In this document: piece after piece, positions 29,402 to 40,429 of the stretch
How the letters are laid out: each line of letters begins with the position of its first letter
Numbering within the stretch: the first letter of the stretch is position 1
NCBI GenBank assembly: GCA_943788985.1
Contig: CALSSJ010000017.1
Span: 128,001-192,000 of the forward strand
Length of the DNA: 64,000 nucleotides
Source of the DNA: an uncultured Lentisphaerales bacterium
Lineage (GTDB): Bacteria; Verrucomicrobiota; Lentisphaeria; JABSQK01; UBA12247
Reading direction: 5' to 3'
Notes under the pieces: model-generated
Seen by the model: only the letters and a program-made list of their open reading frames with translations
What the model was told of the DNA's origin: nothing
The model's database searches: none
Program-made: the position numbers and the translations under genes

Positions 29402-30182
29402 ATGAAAGCACTAGACCACACAAAGTTCAAAGCGCTCTTCACCCTCCCCGAGAACGAAGGCCGGCCCCGTCATCATTCGTGGCGTCGACATCATCAAGAC
29501 CTACCGCATGGGCGACCAAGTCACCCATGCGCTGCGCGGTGCCACGCTCGACGTCTACAAAGGCGAGTACCTCTCGATCATGGGCCCATCCGGCTCTGGC
29601 AAGTCCACTCTATTCAACGCCATCGGCGCCCTCCACAAGCCCACCTCCGGCAAGGTCTATATCGACCAGGTCGACATTGCCCAGCTTGATACCGATGAGT
29701 TAGCCTGGCTGCGCTGCCGCAAGATCGGTTACATCTTCCAAAGCTACAATCTTATCCAGGTCATGACCTGCCTCGAGAACGTCATGCTCCCCATGAGTTT
29801 CGCCGGGCTCGACGGCGAAGAAGCCCGCGAGAAGGCCATCCAGATTCTCAAGCTTGTGGGCCTTGGCCATCGCCTGCTGCACAAACCAGCCGAGCTCTCA
29901 GGCGGCCAACAACAGCGCGTCGCCATTGCCCGCTCACTCGCCAACTCGCCTGAGATCGTCCTCGCAGACGAACCGACGGCCAACCTTGACCAGAACACCG
30001 GCCAAGAAATGATTGACCTGTTCGTCAAGCTCCAGGAAGAACTCGGCGTCACCATCATCTCCGCAACCCACGATTTGAAGATGCTCCAGAGCAGCGATCG
30101 CATCCTTTGGATCGCCGATGGTCGAATCGTAAAAGCCGCGCGTCCCGAAGAGCTCGACTTCAACAGCGAGGACTTTCACTAG
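29402..30182 (+). CDS. LolD/MacB-type ABC ATPase 1 (+1 frameshift at CCCC 29465-29468)
   Basis: MKALDH..EGRP joins VIIRGVDIIKTYRMG; GPSGSGKST, LSGGQQQR, ILADEPT-type Walker B. Confidence 0.9.
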
Positions 30183-30183
30183 C

Positions 30184-30936
30184 ATGAAGAAGAAGATCGA
30201 CACAGCTGATGTCATCATCAGCACCGAAAATGTAAAGAAACTTTACATCACCGGCGAGGAAGAGCTCTGGGCACTCAAAGGAATTTCCCTCGATGTCTAC
30301 CGCGGCGAGATTCTCTCGATCATGGGCCCATCCGGCTCCGGAAAGTCCACCTTTTTCAACCAGATCGGCGCCTTAGATGTCCCAACTGAAGGCAAAGTGC
30401 ACTTCGAAGGGCAGTCCGTTTTTGACATGTCCGAGGCTCAGCAAGCGTGGTTTCGCTGCAACAAGATCGGCTACATCTTCCAGACTTTCAACCTCATCCA
30501 GGTCATGAGCGCATTGCAAAATGTCACTCTGCCCATGGTGTTTCAGGGCACCTCCAAAGAAGAAGCCGAATCACGCGGCATCAGCATCCTCGAGCGAGTC
30601 GGATTGGGCGAGCGCATGCACCACAAGCCCAGCGAACTCTCTGGCGGTCAGCAACAGCGCGTGGCCGTCGCCCGCGCCTTGGCCAACACTCCCGCAGTCA
30701 TTCTCGCAGACGAACCCACCGGTAACCTTGACACAGCCACCGGCTCCGAAATCATCGAACTGCTAAAAACGCTCAACCGCGAAATGGACGTCACCGTCGT
30801 CTGCTCCACCCATGACACCAAAATGCTCAAGTCCTCCGACCGTGTCTGCTGGATCCTCGACGGCCGACTCGACAAAATCAGCTCCATGGAAGAGTTCGAC
30901 CTCGAATCCATGGCCAAGGACGACCAGGGCCGCTAA
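30184..30936 (+). CDS. LolD/MacB-type ABC ATPase 2
   Basis: [33 protein letters not shown]. Confidence 0.93.
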   Translation: MKKKIDTADVIISTENVKKLYITGEEELWALKGISLDVYRGEILSIMGPSGSGKSTFFNQIGALDVPTEGKVHFEGQSVFDMSEAQQAWFRCNKIGYIFQTFNLIQVMSALQNVTLPMVFQGTSKEEAESRGISILERVGLGERMHHKPSELSGGQQQRVAVARALANTPAVILADEPTGNLDTATGSEIIELLKTLNREMDVTVVCSTHDTKMLKSSDRVCWILDGRLDKISSMEEFDLESMAKDDQGR

Positions 30937-31911
30937 TGCGCCTGGGCTAACGTCGTACAAGTCACGCATTCATCGAGAGAATCGCAATCACACAGCCATT
31001 CACACCAGCAGACCAAGCCAGCCTGAGTCAAGCCGTCGAGAACAGCCTCGCCATCGCCCGCGCCTACCGCCGCGATGTCGCCGACGAGAATTCCATTCTC
31101 CTCCTCCAAAGCCTGCTCAACGTCGACACCATTCTCGGTACCGGCCACGCCCGGGATGACGACGACATCCTCGCCCTGCCAGGCGACTAACCGTTTGGCC
31201 TGGGACCGCACCATCCCGGAGGGATCAACGAACATAGCCGGGTGGGAAGGCACCGGACTCATCCCCGGGCACTTGTTGTTTAAAGGCATTTATCGCATCG
31301 GTAGCCGGCCCTTTTGCATACTCCAGATCCATTACCACACCGCCTAATACGAAACGCGCTTAGCATCTTCACGGCAACCAACGTAGGGACCAATGGGTTC
31401 GGGAACCACCCTCTACGCTGGAGACACAGAGCCACGGAGGCGAGAGACCCTTCGTTTCAACCTCCGAAAAGGGCGGAGCCTGGCGCAATCCCCGCCGGTG
31501 CGTGAGCGACCGGTTTGCGTCCCCCGGCATCAAGACCAGCGGCCGATACATCACCTACTGTCCAATTCTATGTGTAGCCCACTGGGCTGGCATGGGGAAA
31601 AGACTGCGCGTTTAAGGATTTGCGATCGGGATATCGCCGCCATCCCCCGTCCTCGCTCACTGCCCCGGCAAGAACGCGACATGCGCCTCAGGCCTCAGGC
31701 GTATAGCGGGTATGCCGCGGTTTTGGAATGGCAAGCTTGTCGTCGATCAGATCAAAATTCAGGCATTGCAACCGCCCTACAAGGCGCTAGGATACGCAGC
31801 GAATCGGCCTTTTGACCGTGAGTAGCAGGAAGCGAGCGAAAAGTTCGAGACGGGAACGACTACCGAGGTGTGGGCTGCCAGGTTTTTTTCTGGAGTGCTG
31901 GAGAAGAGATC

Positions 31912-32959
31912 ATGCGGGACGAGCCCGAAACACTGCTTGAGATGCGCGAGGTACTCAGGCGTCTGGCGATCAGCAAACCGACGTTTTACCGGTTGCTGCG
32001 CGAAGGGCGTCTGACAGGTACGAAGACGGAGACGGGCCTACGCTTTCGAGCGGAGGAACTCGAGGCATTTGCCCGGCAAGATGTGCCGTCGGCGGGACTA
32101 GACAATTCAATCCGTCTGAGCTATTTGCCCATGCAGCCACACGCTCTCGAGCGAATTGCGGCGGCCTTGCGCAACCCATACGGATTAATCCTGGTCGCCG
32201 GTCCACCCAAATCCGGTAGAACGACGATGGCCTATGCCATGCTTCACGAGCTCAACACCTCGACTACGAAGATCATCACGATCGAGAACCCAATCGAACA
32301 GTCACTTACCGGTGCGATACAGATTCCGGTACAGCCCGACATTGGGATGACCTGCGGCTCTGCCATTCAATCCGCCCTGCGCTCAAATCCGGACGTGCTG
32401 CTGGTCTCGGAGCTCCGTGATGCGCAGTCCGCACAGTTCACGGCATCTGCGGCCTTGACCGGGCACCTCGTGCTGACGAATCTCGAGGCCACGGACGGAC
32501 TTTCAGCGGTCCAGCGACTGCGGGATTTGGAGGTGGAGGATTTCGTCATTTCTGGTGCGGCCACGCTCATCATTGGCCAACGGCTGCTAAGGCGTGTCTG
32601 CCCGCATTGCTGCCAAAAGGCGACACTGAGCCCCACGCAGAAGGAAGCGGTGTCCCGGGCCGAGTCTCTTGGGGTCAGCGGCGAGCACTGGCGAGAGGCT
32701 GTCGGCTGCAAAGCCTGCGAGATGACTGGCTATCGCGGGCGCATTCTCGCGCAAGAGCTGATTGATGTCAACGGTGCACTGGAGGATGCGATCGCCCGCG
32801 GTGAGGAAGACGCCACGCTTCGCGCGATCGCCCGGAAGGAAGGGGCGCCAACTCTGGAAAGCGAAGCGATCCGCTGGGGGGGCCGCGGCGGGCGAGACCA
32901 CGATGCAAGAAGCCCTACAGACTACTACCGCGCCTTCTCCAGCAAGGCCCGGATCGTAA
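31912..32959 (+). CDS. Excisionase-type HTH fused to a degenerate GspE/PilB ATPase domain (+1 frameshift in G7 run 32876-32882)
   Basis: LLEMREVLRRLAISKPTFYRLLREGRL; GLILVAGPPKSGRTT, TIENPIE, LRSNPDVLLVSELRD, AALTGHLV, QRLLRRVCPHC, GCKAC..GYRGR, GETTMQEAL. Confidence 0.85.
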
Positions 32960-35329
32960 GATGGGGATAGTTTTTGAGCCAACTTAGGCGTTCAGCGCGA
33001 GCCCGGGCGTCGATCGCCAGCTCTGGATATTTTTCGGCTACCAGCAGGCATAGCGCTGCGGACTCCGCAAGGCCATAGGCAAGCGTGTCAAGGTGCGGCG
33101 CTAGCCCGGTCCCATCCAGAATGGGGAGCAGATGCGATCTGCTCGGATCTTGCTGGTAGCAGTCCTTGAGTTGGTCCAAGGCAACGGCCCGCCCCCTCTC
33201 GTCTTGGTGAAGAAGATACAAGAGTAGGAGCTGCTCCGGCAGTGGGTTCTTGCCCAAAACGTCCCTTGCTCGCTGCAAGGCGCCAGCTGACAGCGCGGCA
33301 GCGAACATGAGATCCGGATCGGGCTCAGGCAATGCGAACACCAATTTCATGAAAGCAATGCGGTCTCCCTGAAAGTAGGCCTGATGCGCCGCCACCAGCG
33401 CATTTTTTTCGCTAGCCACCTGGTCTAGCTTACGCGGTGCCAGCTGCATCCCCATTAGTCGCAGCTGCAGGCTATCTGGAAACCGCTCACGGAGGGATCT
33501 GGCAATTTTCTCAGGCGCGGGACCCCGTGCCTCAGACATGTGAGCTGTGAGCAGCGAGATAGCTGTGGCCTCATCTGCAGGCGCGGCCCGGCAGGCTAGC
33601 GATCACGGTTTGGAAGTAGCTACAGGCGTTGTGATAGTTCGCCAGTTGCAGGCGAGCTTGAACGCTGGCGTCGGCATGCTCGGCGAGCAGCTCGGCCGCG
33701 GCGTCGGGCGGCAGAAGGCGGGCCTGAATCAAGGCGGCCTGCGGCCCGTCGGCGAGCTCAGCTGTCGCTTGCTGATACCAGGCCATTACGTCTGGTCTTT
33801 CGAGCGCAATCTGGTGAAATGCTTGGTGGAGGGTGAGGCTGGGAGGCTCCGCTAACAGGGCTGCCTCAAGTGCCGGCCCTGGCTCTCCGCGCAGGCGCTG
33901 GCTGAGCAGCACGGCCGCCTCTTCGTCACGCAGGTCATGGGCCAGTCGGCGGTTGGCCGCAACTGCGGCGACGGCTCTCCACTCCCCTTCTGGCAAACCG
34001 AACAGGTCCGGCTCTAACCGAAGAGCCACAACTTTGGCGGTGCCACTTTCAGAGAGCCGTAGGGTCTCGGGAAACGGCTCGAACATACGGTGGACCCCGG
34101 TGAACGTGTACGTGCTACGCCCCACCGAAAACGTTGGCTCTGCGAACCGCACGCCGGATTCGCTGTACTGGGCAACTTGGCGCGTCAAGACCGCGGCCTG
34201 ATCTGGGTTGATGACCAGCCGGCTGCTGGAGATTGGGCGCTGCCAGAATGAGCGCCTGCAGTCGACGGTCAGCTCCTGGATACTCGGGACCTCAGCGGTC
34301 ACCTGATAGACATCCTCTGGGACTGTCAGCGCAACTGCTTGAAACGGAGGCAGCCGCTGATTCTTTCCTGCAATCGTGACCGTATATGGCTTCGCTAGGC
34401 CGTTCACCAGCCAAATGGTGTGGCGCTTCGCCATGTTTACGCTGACTGCAGCGTAGAGCCCCAGCAAGACTGTCAGAATAAGCAACGGCACCAACGGCGC
34501 GATCCGGCTCGCGGGGTCCGGCGCTCCTCGCGCCCCGGTCGTGGTCACGGCTGGATCTGATAGTGGGCGCTTGGTCTCGAGTAATTGGCGTGAGACAGAC
34601 TGAAAATATGCAAAGTCCGCATCCTGATCCAGGCTGGGCTGAGCGACTAGACACAGGTCGAAGATCTCCAAGGCAGCGGAGTGATCGCCAACCGCCTGAT
34701 AGCCGCGCGCAAGCATGGCCAGTAGCGGCAAAGCCTCCGGCGTGGGCTTCTCCAGCAGATGAGCCAGCGAGGCTGCAGCCTCCTGAGGCTTCAGCAGCCG
34801 AATCTGAACAATCGCCAGTCGCTCAAGGACAGCGGTGCTGACCGCGAGAGCAAGCGCCTGATCATAGGCATCTTCTGCTTGCTCCAACATGCCGAGTGCG
34901 CCGTAACCATCTCCAATCGTCGCTGCGATCTCCGCATTGCCAGCGAAGCGACGCAGGGTCTCGGGCGCGATGTTCGCAAACACGTCGTGCTGGCGGTAGC
35001 TAACACATGCCTGCTGAATCTGGCGGACAAGGCCAACGTTGTGGCGATCGCGACGGTAGCGAGCCCGGAGGTCGGCGAATAGAGCCTGACGTTCGGCCCG
35101 CCAGAAACGCAGGCTCTGGGCCTGTGAGTGACCGCAAGCCGCGCAATGATCGGTGATCCGCAGGCGGCCAAGTGGCAAGACCGGGATGTAGAAGAGGACG
35201 GCGTAGCGACCGGTGTCGTAGGAGGCTAAAACTCCAGCCGAATGGCAAACAGGGCAAGGCCCCGTAGCGCTCACAGACATTTGCACGTCCGTAATGCCAC
35301 GTCCCCACGCCATTAACCACCCTCGACAT
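32925..35329 (-). CDS. Zinc-ribbon/TPR/TM membrane protein, split into three ORFs by +1 frameshifts at 35260-35263 and 33587-33589
   Basis: NGVGTWHYGR..ERYG joins PCPVC..SYDT..LFYIPVLPLGR..C..C; TPR-like helices; TM LVPLLILTVLLGLYAAV. Confidence 0.7.
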
Positions 35330-35353
35330 CCGTCACCAATGACCAACAGCCGT

Positions 35354-35584
35354 TCAAAGATTGGCGTCGATCCAACTGATGATGTCACCGGATTCGTACA
35401 TCGGCGCACCGTCGATCACCAGGCAGGGAACCTGGCCCTTGCCACCGATCTCGATCAAGCGGGCGCGATTGTCCGGATCACTCGTGTCGCATAGGGGAAT
35501 ATCGACACCCCGATTTTGAATATGGGAAATCACGCGCAGGCAGTACGGGCACGTCCGGCGGCCGTATAGAGTCAACTCAGCCAT
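35354..35584 (-). CDS. Glutaredoxin
   Basis: LYGRRTCPYC, GGKGQVPCL, MYESGDII. Confidence 0.93.
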   Translation of the reverse strand: MAELTLYGRRTCPYCLRVISHIQNRGVDIPLCDTSDPDNRARLIEIGGKGQVPCLVIDGAPMYESGDIISWIDANL

Positions 35585-35602
35585 AAAAGGCCTCCTTTTC
35601 AA

Positions 35603-35890
35603 TCATTGATGAATATACTCGGTGGACACTTCGCCAAGTTCGCAGTCACGGACCGCTTCCACATGTTCAATAACCTTGCTCAGCACCTGATTGGCGAAAC
35701 GCTGCTCGTTGCTGACCACGGCAACCCCGAGGCACGCGTAGTTCCAGACATCATGGGCCTCGATCTCAGAAATAGAAACATTGAAGCGGCTGCGCACTCG
35801 CTCTTTGACACGGTTCAGAACCGCTCGTTTGTCCTTGAGAGACTGCGCGTGCTCGATGTCCAGTTCCAGCGTAAGCAGGCCGATGATCAC
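35603..35890 (-). CDS. DUF503 (YlxP-like) protein
   Basis: [21 protein letters not shown]...[12 protein letters not shown]. Confidence 0.92.
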   Translation of the reverse strand: MIIGLLTLELDIEHAQSLKDKRAVLNRVKERVRSRFNVSISEIEAHDVWNYACLGVAVVSNEQRFANQVLSKVIEHVEAVRDCELGEVSTEYIHQ

Positions 35891-36870
35891 AGGAGATAGC
35901 TGACGATTTCCCGCTCTTCCAGCAACTCATCGCGGGTATCTGCGATCTTCGCAGCCAGGTGCTCGTCCCATTCCAAGCCAGGAACGATCTCGTAGTCACC
36001 GTTTCCGGTTGAGCGACAGGGAAAGGAGAAGATCAGCCCGTCTGGAATGCCATAAGGATTGCCATCACTGACGACTGCGGAACTGAAGTACTCGCCTTCC
36101 GGAGTGGGCGTGATCAGGCTCTTGACGGCGTCAAGGGCAGCAGATGCAGCAGAGGCAGCAGAGGATTTACCGCGAGCTGCGATGATCGCCGCGCCGCGCT
36201 TGGCCACTGTGTCAGTGAACTCGCCGCGCAGATAGTCCAGTTCCAGCTCGTCGACGGCGGGCTGGCCGTTGATGGTAACGTTGCAGTAGTCTGGCACTTG
36301 CTTCGCAGAATGATTGCCCCAAATCACCATGTTTTTTACCGCGCGGACGCTGGTGCCAGCACGCGTGGCCAGCTGCGTTTCCGCGCGATTCTGATCCAAG
36401 CGGGTCATGGCGTGGAACCGATCGCGAGGCACATCTGGTGCGTTGTGCATCGTGATCAAGCAGTTGGTATTACAGGGATTGCCGACAACTAGCACGCGGA
36501 CGTCCGCCGCTGCATTGGCGTTGATTGCCCGACCAGTGGCGGTAAAAATGGGACCGTTCTCGCGAATCAGGTCGCCGCGTTCCATCCCGGGACCGCGAGG
36601 TTTTGAGCCAACGAGCAGCACCCAATTGGCACCGCGCATCACTTCGTTCACATCGTCGCTTAGGACGATATTCTCGAGGGCCGGAAAGGCACAATCCTGC
36701 AGTTCCATCGCCACACCTTCGAGGGCGCCCATTGCGACGGGCAGTTCGAGGATGCGCAGCTCTACGGACTGGTTTGCGCCAAAAACTTCGCCAGAGGCGA
36801 TACGAAACAACAGGTTATAACAGATCTGGCCGGCGCCGCCGGTGACCGCAACGCGGATAGGCTCACTCAT
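35887..36870 (-). CDS. mdh: Malate dehydrogenase (MDH type 2, cytosolic/chloroplast-like)
   Basis: [62 protein letters not shown]. Confidence 0.97.
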   Translation of the reverse strand: MSEPIRVAVTGGAGQICYNLLFRIASGEVFGANQSVELRILELPVAMGALEGVAMELQDCAFPALENIVLSDDVNEVMRGANWVLLVGSKPRGPGMERGDLIRENGPIFTATGRAINANAAADVRVLVVGNPCNTNCLITMHNAPDVPRDRFHAMTRLDQNRAETQLATRAGTSVRAVKNMVIWGNHSAKQVPDYCNVTINGQPAVDELELDYLRGEFTDTVAKRGAAIIAARGKSSAASAASAALDAVKSLITPTPEGEYFSSAVVSDGNPYGIPDGLIFSFPCRSTGNGDYEIVPGLEWDEHLAAKIADTRDELLEEREIVSYLL

Positions 36871-36890
36871 GATGGACTCTTGATTGTGGG

Positions 36891-38330
36891 TTATTCGTTC
36901 ACTGGAATGGGGGCAATGCTGACAATCTGGCTTGCCAGCAAACGGGTGTCTCGACTCGCAGACAACGCCAGTACGATGTCGCCGTGCGCGTTGCGCTCGC
37001 GAACCATACCAATCAGCGTTCGTCCATCGATCAACTTCACCGCTACTGTCGGGCGGAAAATAATCAATTCAACATCGGTAAGTCCACGTGGTGCTAACCG
37101 GACTTTTCGGGTCTCAGTAATGCCAGCATGCTCAATCTCCACGGTGTAGGTGCCCGGTCGAAGATTCTCGCTGATCCAAGGCAGGGAATGTCCGCCATCT
37201 GGGCTGGGTTCAGTCGTGCCCCAGACCTCACCGTTCACGCGCAAGCTGCAGGTGGCCGGCACAGCAGTGACTTTCAAGGTTCCTGTCGCCGCGGTCATCA
37301 CCGCATGGGCCTGGGTCGCGCGAAGCGATTTTACTTGCGCCATGATTGTTTGGGGTTCATACCCCGACTCGACCAGGCGCAGCTCATGCTGCCCAGGCTC
37401 GTAGCCGAGCAGCGTCATGGGTGTCCTACCGATAATCCGATCGGCCTCGATCACAGTCACGCCAGAAGGTTTGGACGTGATCTCACAGGTCTGTGGCGAA
37501 CGGGTCAAGTTCAGTGGGGCCAACGGCCGACGCAACGGCACGCGCACGAGCTTGGCACGGGTCACGTGATTCTCGAGGTTGAGCTCTAGCTCATGCTCCC
37601 CTTCCGTGAGCTCCTCGATAAAAATCGGGCTGATGCCAATTGGACTGCCATTTAGGGAGACGACGGCACCACGCGGCACAGAATCAACCCACAGATAACC
37701 AGTCTCTGGTTCTTTCGTGGTCTCTTCGACCAGAGCTGGCGGCTCCAAGATGCGCTGCCGGGGCCGTTCAGCCACGGGCGGCTGTGCCGGCGGTTCCGCA
37801 GCAAGGATGACTTCCCGATCCAAGGGGACCGGGGCACTCGGCGCCCTGCTGCCAGAAAGGAGCCAACCCATCACGCCCAAAGCGACCACGGCGATCCCAA
37901 TCCAGAGCCCGATCTCACCTGCAGAAATCCCAGTCTTGGGGTCAGCCGCCGCAGGCTCTCGGCGAGCAGATTCCTGCTTCGCCTCACGCTCTCGCCGCAG
38001 GGCTTCTAGCTTGGACAAATCGCCCTCAGCCACGACGCTTTCTTCGGTCACGGTCAGGAACACATGACTACCGATACCAACCCGGTCGCCCGGCGCGAGC
38101 AGCTGTCGCCCTTGAATCTGGGCTCCGTTCACCCGCACACCATTGGTGCTCTTCAGGTCCTCGACGTAATAATTTAGCCCGTCGTATACGATCCGAGCAT
38201 GATTTCGCGAGATGTCGTCGTCATCGGTGAGCGAAATCGACGATTTCAGGTCACGCCCGATCGTCACGCCATTCTTGGACAGCGGGAAGAGCTTTCCGCT
38301 CAGCACGCCCTCAATTGAACGAAGCTCCAT
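36891..38330 (-). CDS. FHA domain, TM and multiple PEGA domains
   Basis: [21 protein letters not shown] (FHA); [17 protein letters not shown] and ITSKPSG..IGRTP (PEGA). Confidence 0.88.
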   Translation of the reverse strand: MELRSIEGVLSGKLFPLSKNGVTIGRDLKSSISLTDDDDISRNHARIVYDGLNYYVEDLKSTNGVRVNGAQIQGRQLLAPGDRVGIGSHVFLTVTEESVVAEGDLSKLEALRREREAKQESARREPAAADPKTGISAGEIGLWIGIAVVALGVMGWLLSGSRAPSAPVPLDREVILAAEPPAQPPVAERPRQRILEPPALVEETTKEPETGYLWVDSVPRGAVVSLNGSPIGISPIFIEELTEGEHELELNLENHVTRAKLVRVPLRRPLAPLNLTRSPQTCEITSKPSGVTVIEADRIIGRTPMTLLGYEPGQHELRLVESGYEPQTIMAQVKSLRATQAHAVMTAATGTLKVTAVPATCSLRVNGEVWGTTEPSPDGGHSLPWISENLRPGTYTVEIEHAGITETRKVRLAPRGLTDVELIIFRPTVAVKLIDGRTLIGMVRERNAHGDIVLALSASRDTRLLASQIVSIAPIPVNE

Positions 38331-38367
38331 GATCAACCTTCCTTACGCAGAATTGGACAGGGAGGGA

Positions 38368-39540
38368 TCAGTGGCGGAAACGACGATTTCCGTGCCGCAG
38401 CGAGCGCATCCCGCGAAGCACGCGCTGTGTCTTCAGCTTCTCGCGCAACTCACTGGCCTTGTCAGCTTGGGCGCGGAGCCTAGTACGCTTGTTTTGGATG
38501 ATCGCCTTGTCCCCGTCGTTGTCCATCAGATGCCGGATTTCTGCCTGCATGATGCCTTCTTCGCGGGCGGCGGCGATGTAGTCCTCGACCGGCGATCCGG
38601 CAGCCTGGCTGTTATAGGCCAGCAGTTCCTTCTTGCGGATCATGACCGGGCGATCAATTGCGCTAATCTTGTGCTCGGACCGGCCAAAAATCTTGGAAAC
38701 ACGCTTGGTGACTGCCCCAGCTTCGACTTTCATCGCGATTAGGTCGACATCCTCTTCGCTTTTCTCGAAAGCGCAAACGAATCGTGTGATGCCTTGCTCA
38801 GCATCGGTGACGAACGATTGCTGGCCACCGAAGGTAAAGCCCAAGGCACCGCGATTTACCGTCAGGTCCACGTAGGTGTTTTGCATGCCTTCATGGATGT
38901 AGCCGGCCACCGAGGTTTGCTCTGGAATGGCTGCCGCTTCCAGACCTGCTCCGGTGGTTGTGGCGTCTGCAAATGAAAACTGACTGCGTAGGTCGATGAT
39001 CCCTTCGAGACAATTAAAGGACTGACGCGCATAGCGATCCTTGCCGCCTTCCTGAACGACGGGCTCGACACTCACCACAAACCGGGTACCAACGGCACCG
39101 CATATTGCACTGGGAGTTTCCACTTCCAGGCGATGATCCTTCGGCCACTTGTCCAGCAACAGCGAGACACCGCCTTCCTTCATTCGCAGGCGCTTCAAGC
39201 GCGGGTCGTTGGTACTACGGTCGATCATCATGGTGGTACGTGCCAGCATCTGGAAGGTGTTGCCCGGGGACAGCTCGACCAGAATGAATGACAGGCGACC
39301 AGTCTTCAACGTCACCCCAAACGGATACTCCTGCGCCTTGACATCGCCGTATCTGCCGTCCTTTGACTTCACCTCGCACTTGCCGTCAAACTTTAGCACT
39401 TTGAAGGTATCCGGCAGCTCCCCGGCTTCGTCATTGGCCGCAGTCAGGGACTGTGCAAAAATACAGGTGAATGCCAAAGTCCAAAGGAGAGCCCACTTGG
39501 CGCGGGTCGTCGAAATTGCGATCATAGGTCGTCTATCCAT
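38368..39540 (-). CDS. Secreted FecR-domain protein
   Basis: Signal-like hydrophobic N-terminus; LKTG..S, LEVETPSAICGAVGTRFVV, CLEG. Confidence 0.75.
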   Translation of the reverse strand: MDRRPMIAISTTRAKWALLWTLAFTCIFAQSLTAANDEAGELPDTFKVLKFDGKCEVKSKDGRYGDVKAQEYPFGVTLKTGRLSFILVELSPGNTFQMLARTTMMIDRSTNDPRLKRLRMKEGGVSLLLDKWPKDHRLEVETPSAICGAVGTRFVVSVEPVVQEGGKDRYARQSFNCLEGIIDLRSQFSFADATTTGAGLEAAAIPEQTSVAGYIHEGMQNTYVDLTVNRGALGFTFGGQQSFVTDAEQGITRFVCAFEKSEEDVDLIAMKVEAGAVTKRVSKIFGRSEHKISAIDRPVMIRKKELLAYNSQAAGSPVEDYIAAAREEGIMQAEIRHLMDNDGDKAIIQNKRTRLRAQADKASELREKLKTQRVLRGMRSLRHGNRRFRH

Positions 39541-39754
39541 TATGTGGTTCGGTGGGCAAGGGGCACCTGTAAGCCGCATGTCTATCGGCTGAAGCATACG
39601 CAACTGCGCCTCCCAATCTTGCGAAGTTCGCACAATTTTTAGCCCAGCGTCGGGTTATGCGGCACCGATAAATGTGGTGTCAAAGCTGGCATACTGTAAT
39701 GACGGCACGAAAAAGTGCGAGACATCCGGGGAATCCTCGTGTAATGTGCGTGCT

Positions 39755-40204
39755 ATGAAAAATCGCTTACTTCCCACTTTTCTCGTTCTCTTGGCCTGCG
39801 CCAGCCTCTTCTCTAGCTGTCGATCGCTGGATCGGCTTGCTGAAGAAGCAGCGCTGCCCCCGACCACCGAAGAAATCTCAGACGACGTCACGCTGCGCCC
39901 GCCAAACATCGAAGCGGACGAATTGCGCCACATGCTTCATAATGGCAGAACCCGCGCCAAGGATGTCTGGGATGTGGCTGGTCAGCCGTTAAATCGCAAA
40001 CCTTCGGCGGGCTTTGAAGTCTGGACCTATGAATGGCGCACCGAAGAAGAACGCAGCGCCTACTCGGGCGGTCGAATCGGCGAGGAGCGCCTGTTTATGC
40101 GCAATCACTACGCCTTCACTCACACGCTGGTGCGGAAAACCAAGGCTACGCTCGTGTTCTCGAAGGACGGCATCCTGCAGAACTTCCGGTTCGACCGCGA
40201 GTAA
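39755..40204 (+). CDS. Lipoprotein, BamE/SmpA-like fold possible
   Basis: Lipobox LFSSC; GRTRAKDV...GQP...EVWTY...LVFSKDGIL. Confidence 0.65.
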   Translation: MKNRLLPTFLVLLACASLFSSCRSLDRLAEEAALPPTTEEISDDVTLRPPNIEADELRHMLHNGRTRAKDVWDVAGQPLNRKPSAGFEVWTYEWRTEEERSAYSGGRIGEERLFMRNHYAFTHTLVRKTKATLVFSKDGILQNFRFDRE

Positions 40205-40267
40205 GCCGCGGTTACCAGTCGTCCCACACTAAAGGCCGAAGACCTTCCTGTCGGAACCAGAAAATGG

Positions 40268-40379
40268 GACTTGATGACTCCCGACACCTAACTCCCTACA
40301 GGAGCGGTAGGGTGCAAGTCAACGCGTCACGAAGTCATCATGTCGTCGGGCGTCGCGAGTCATGAAGTCACCAAGTCCT
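40268..40379. repeat. Dispersed repeat family B, copy 3, with internal inverted repeat
   Basis: GACTTGATGACTCCCGACACC pairs with GGCGTCGCGAGTCATGAAGTC (18/21); ends in GTCACCAAGTCCT. Confidence 0.75.
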
Positions 40380-40429
40380 GCATCAACCGTCGCGGACTTC
40401 GCGGCGCCTTCGCTGAGCTGGCAACAGCT

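Noticed and set aside
31912..32959. Functional T2SS/T4P motor or prophage excisionase
   Set aside because: The catalytic motifs are degenerate, the N-terminal motor domains are absent, and there are no secretion or integrase genes nearby.
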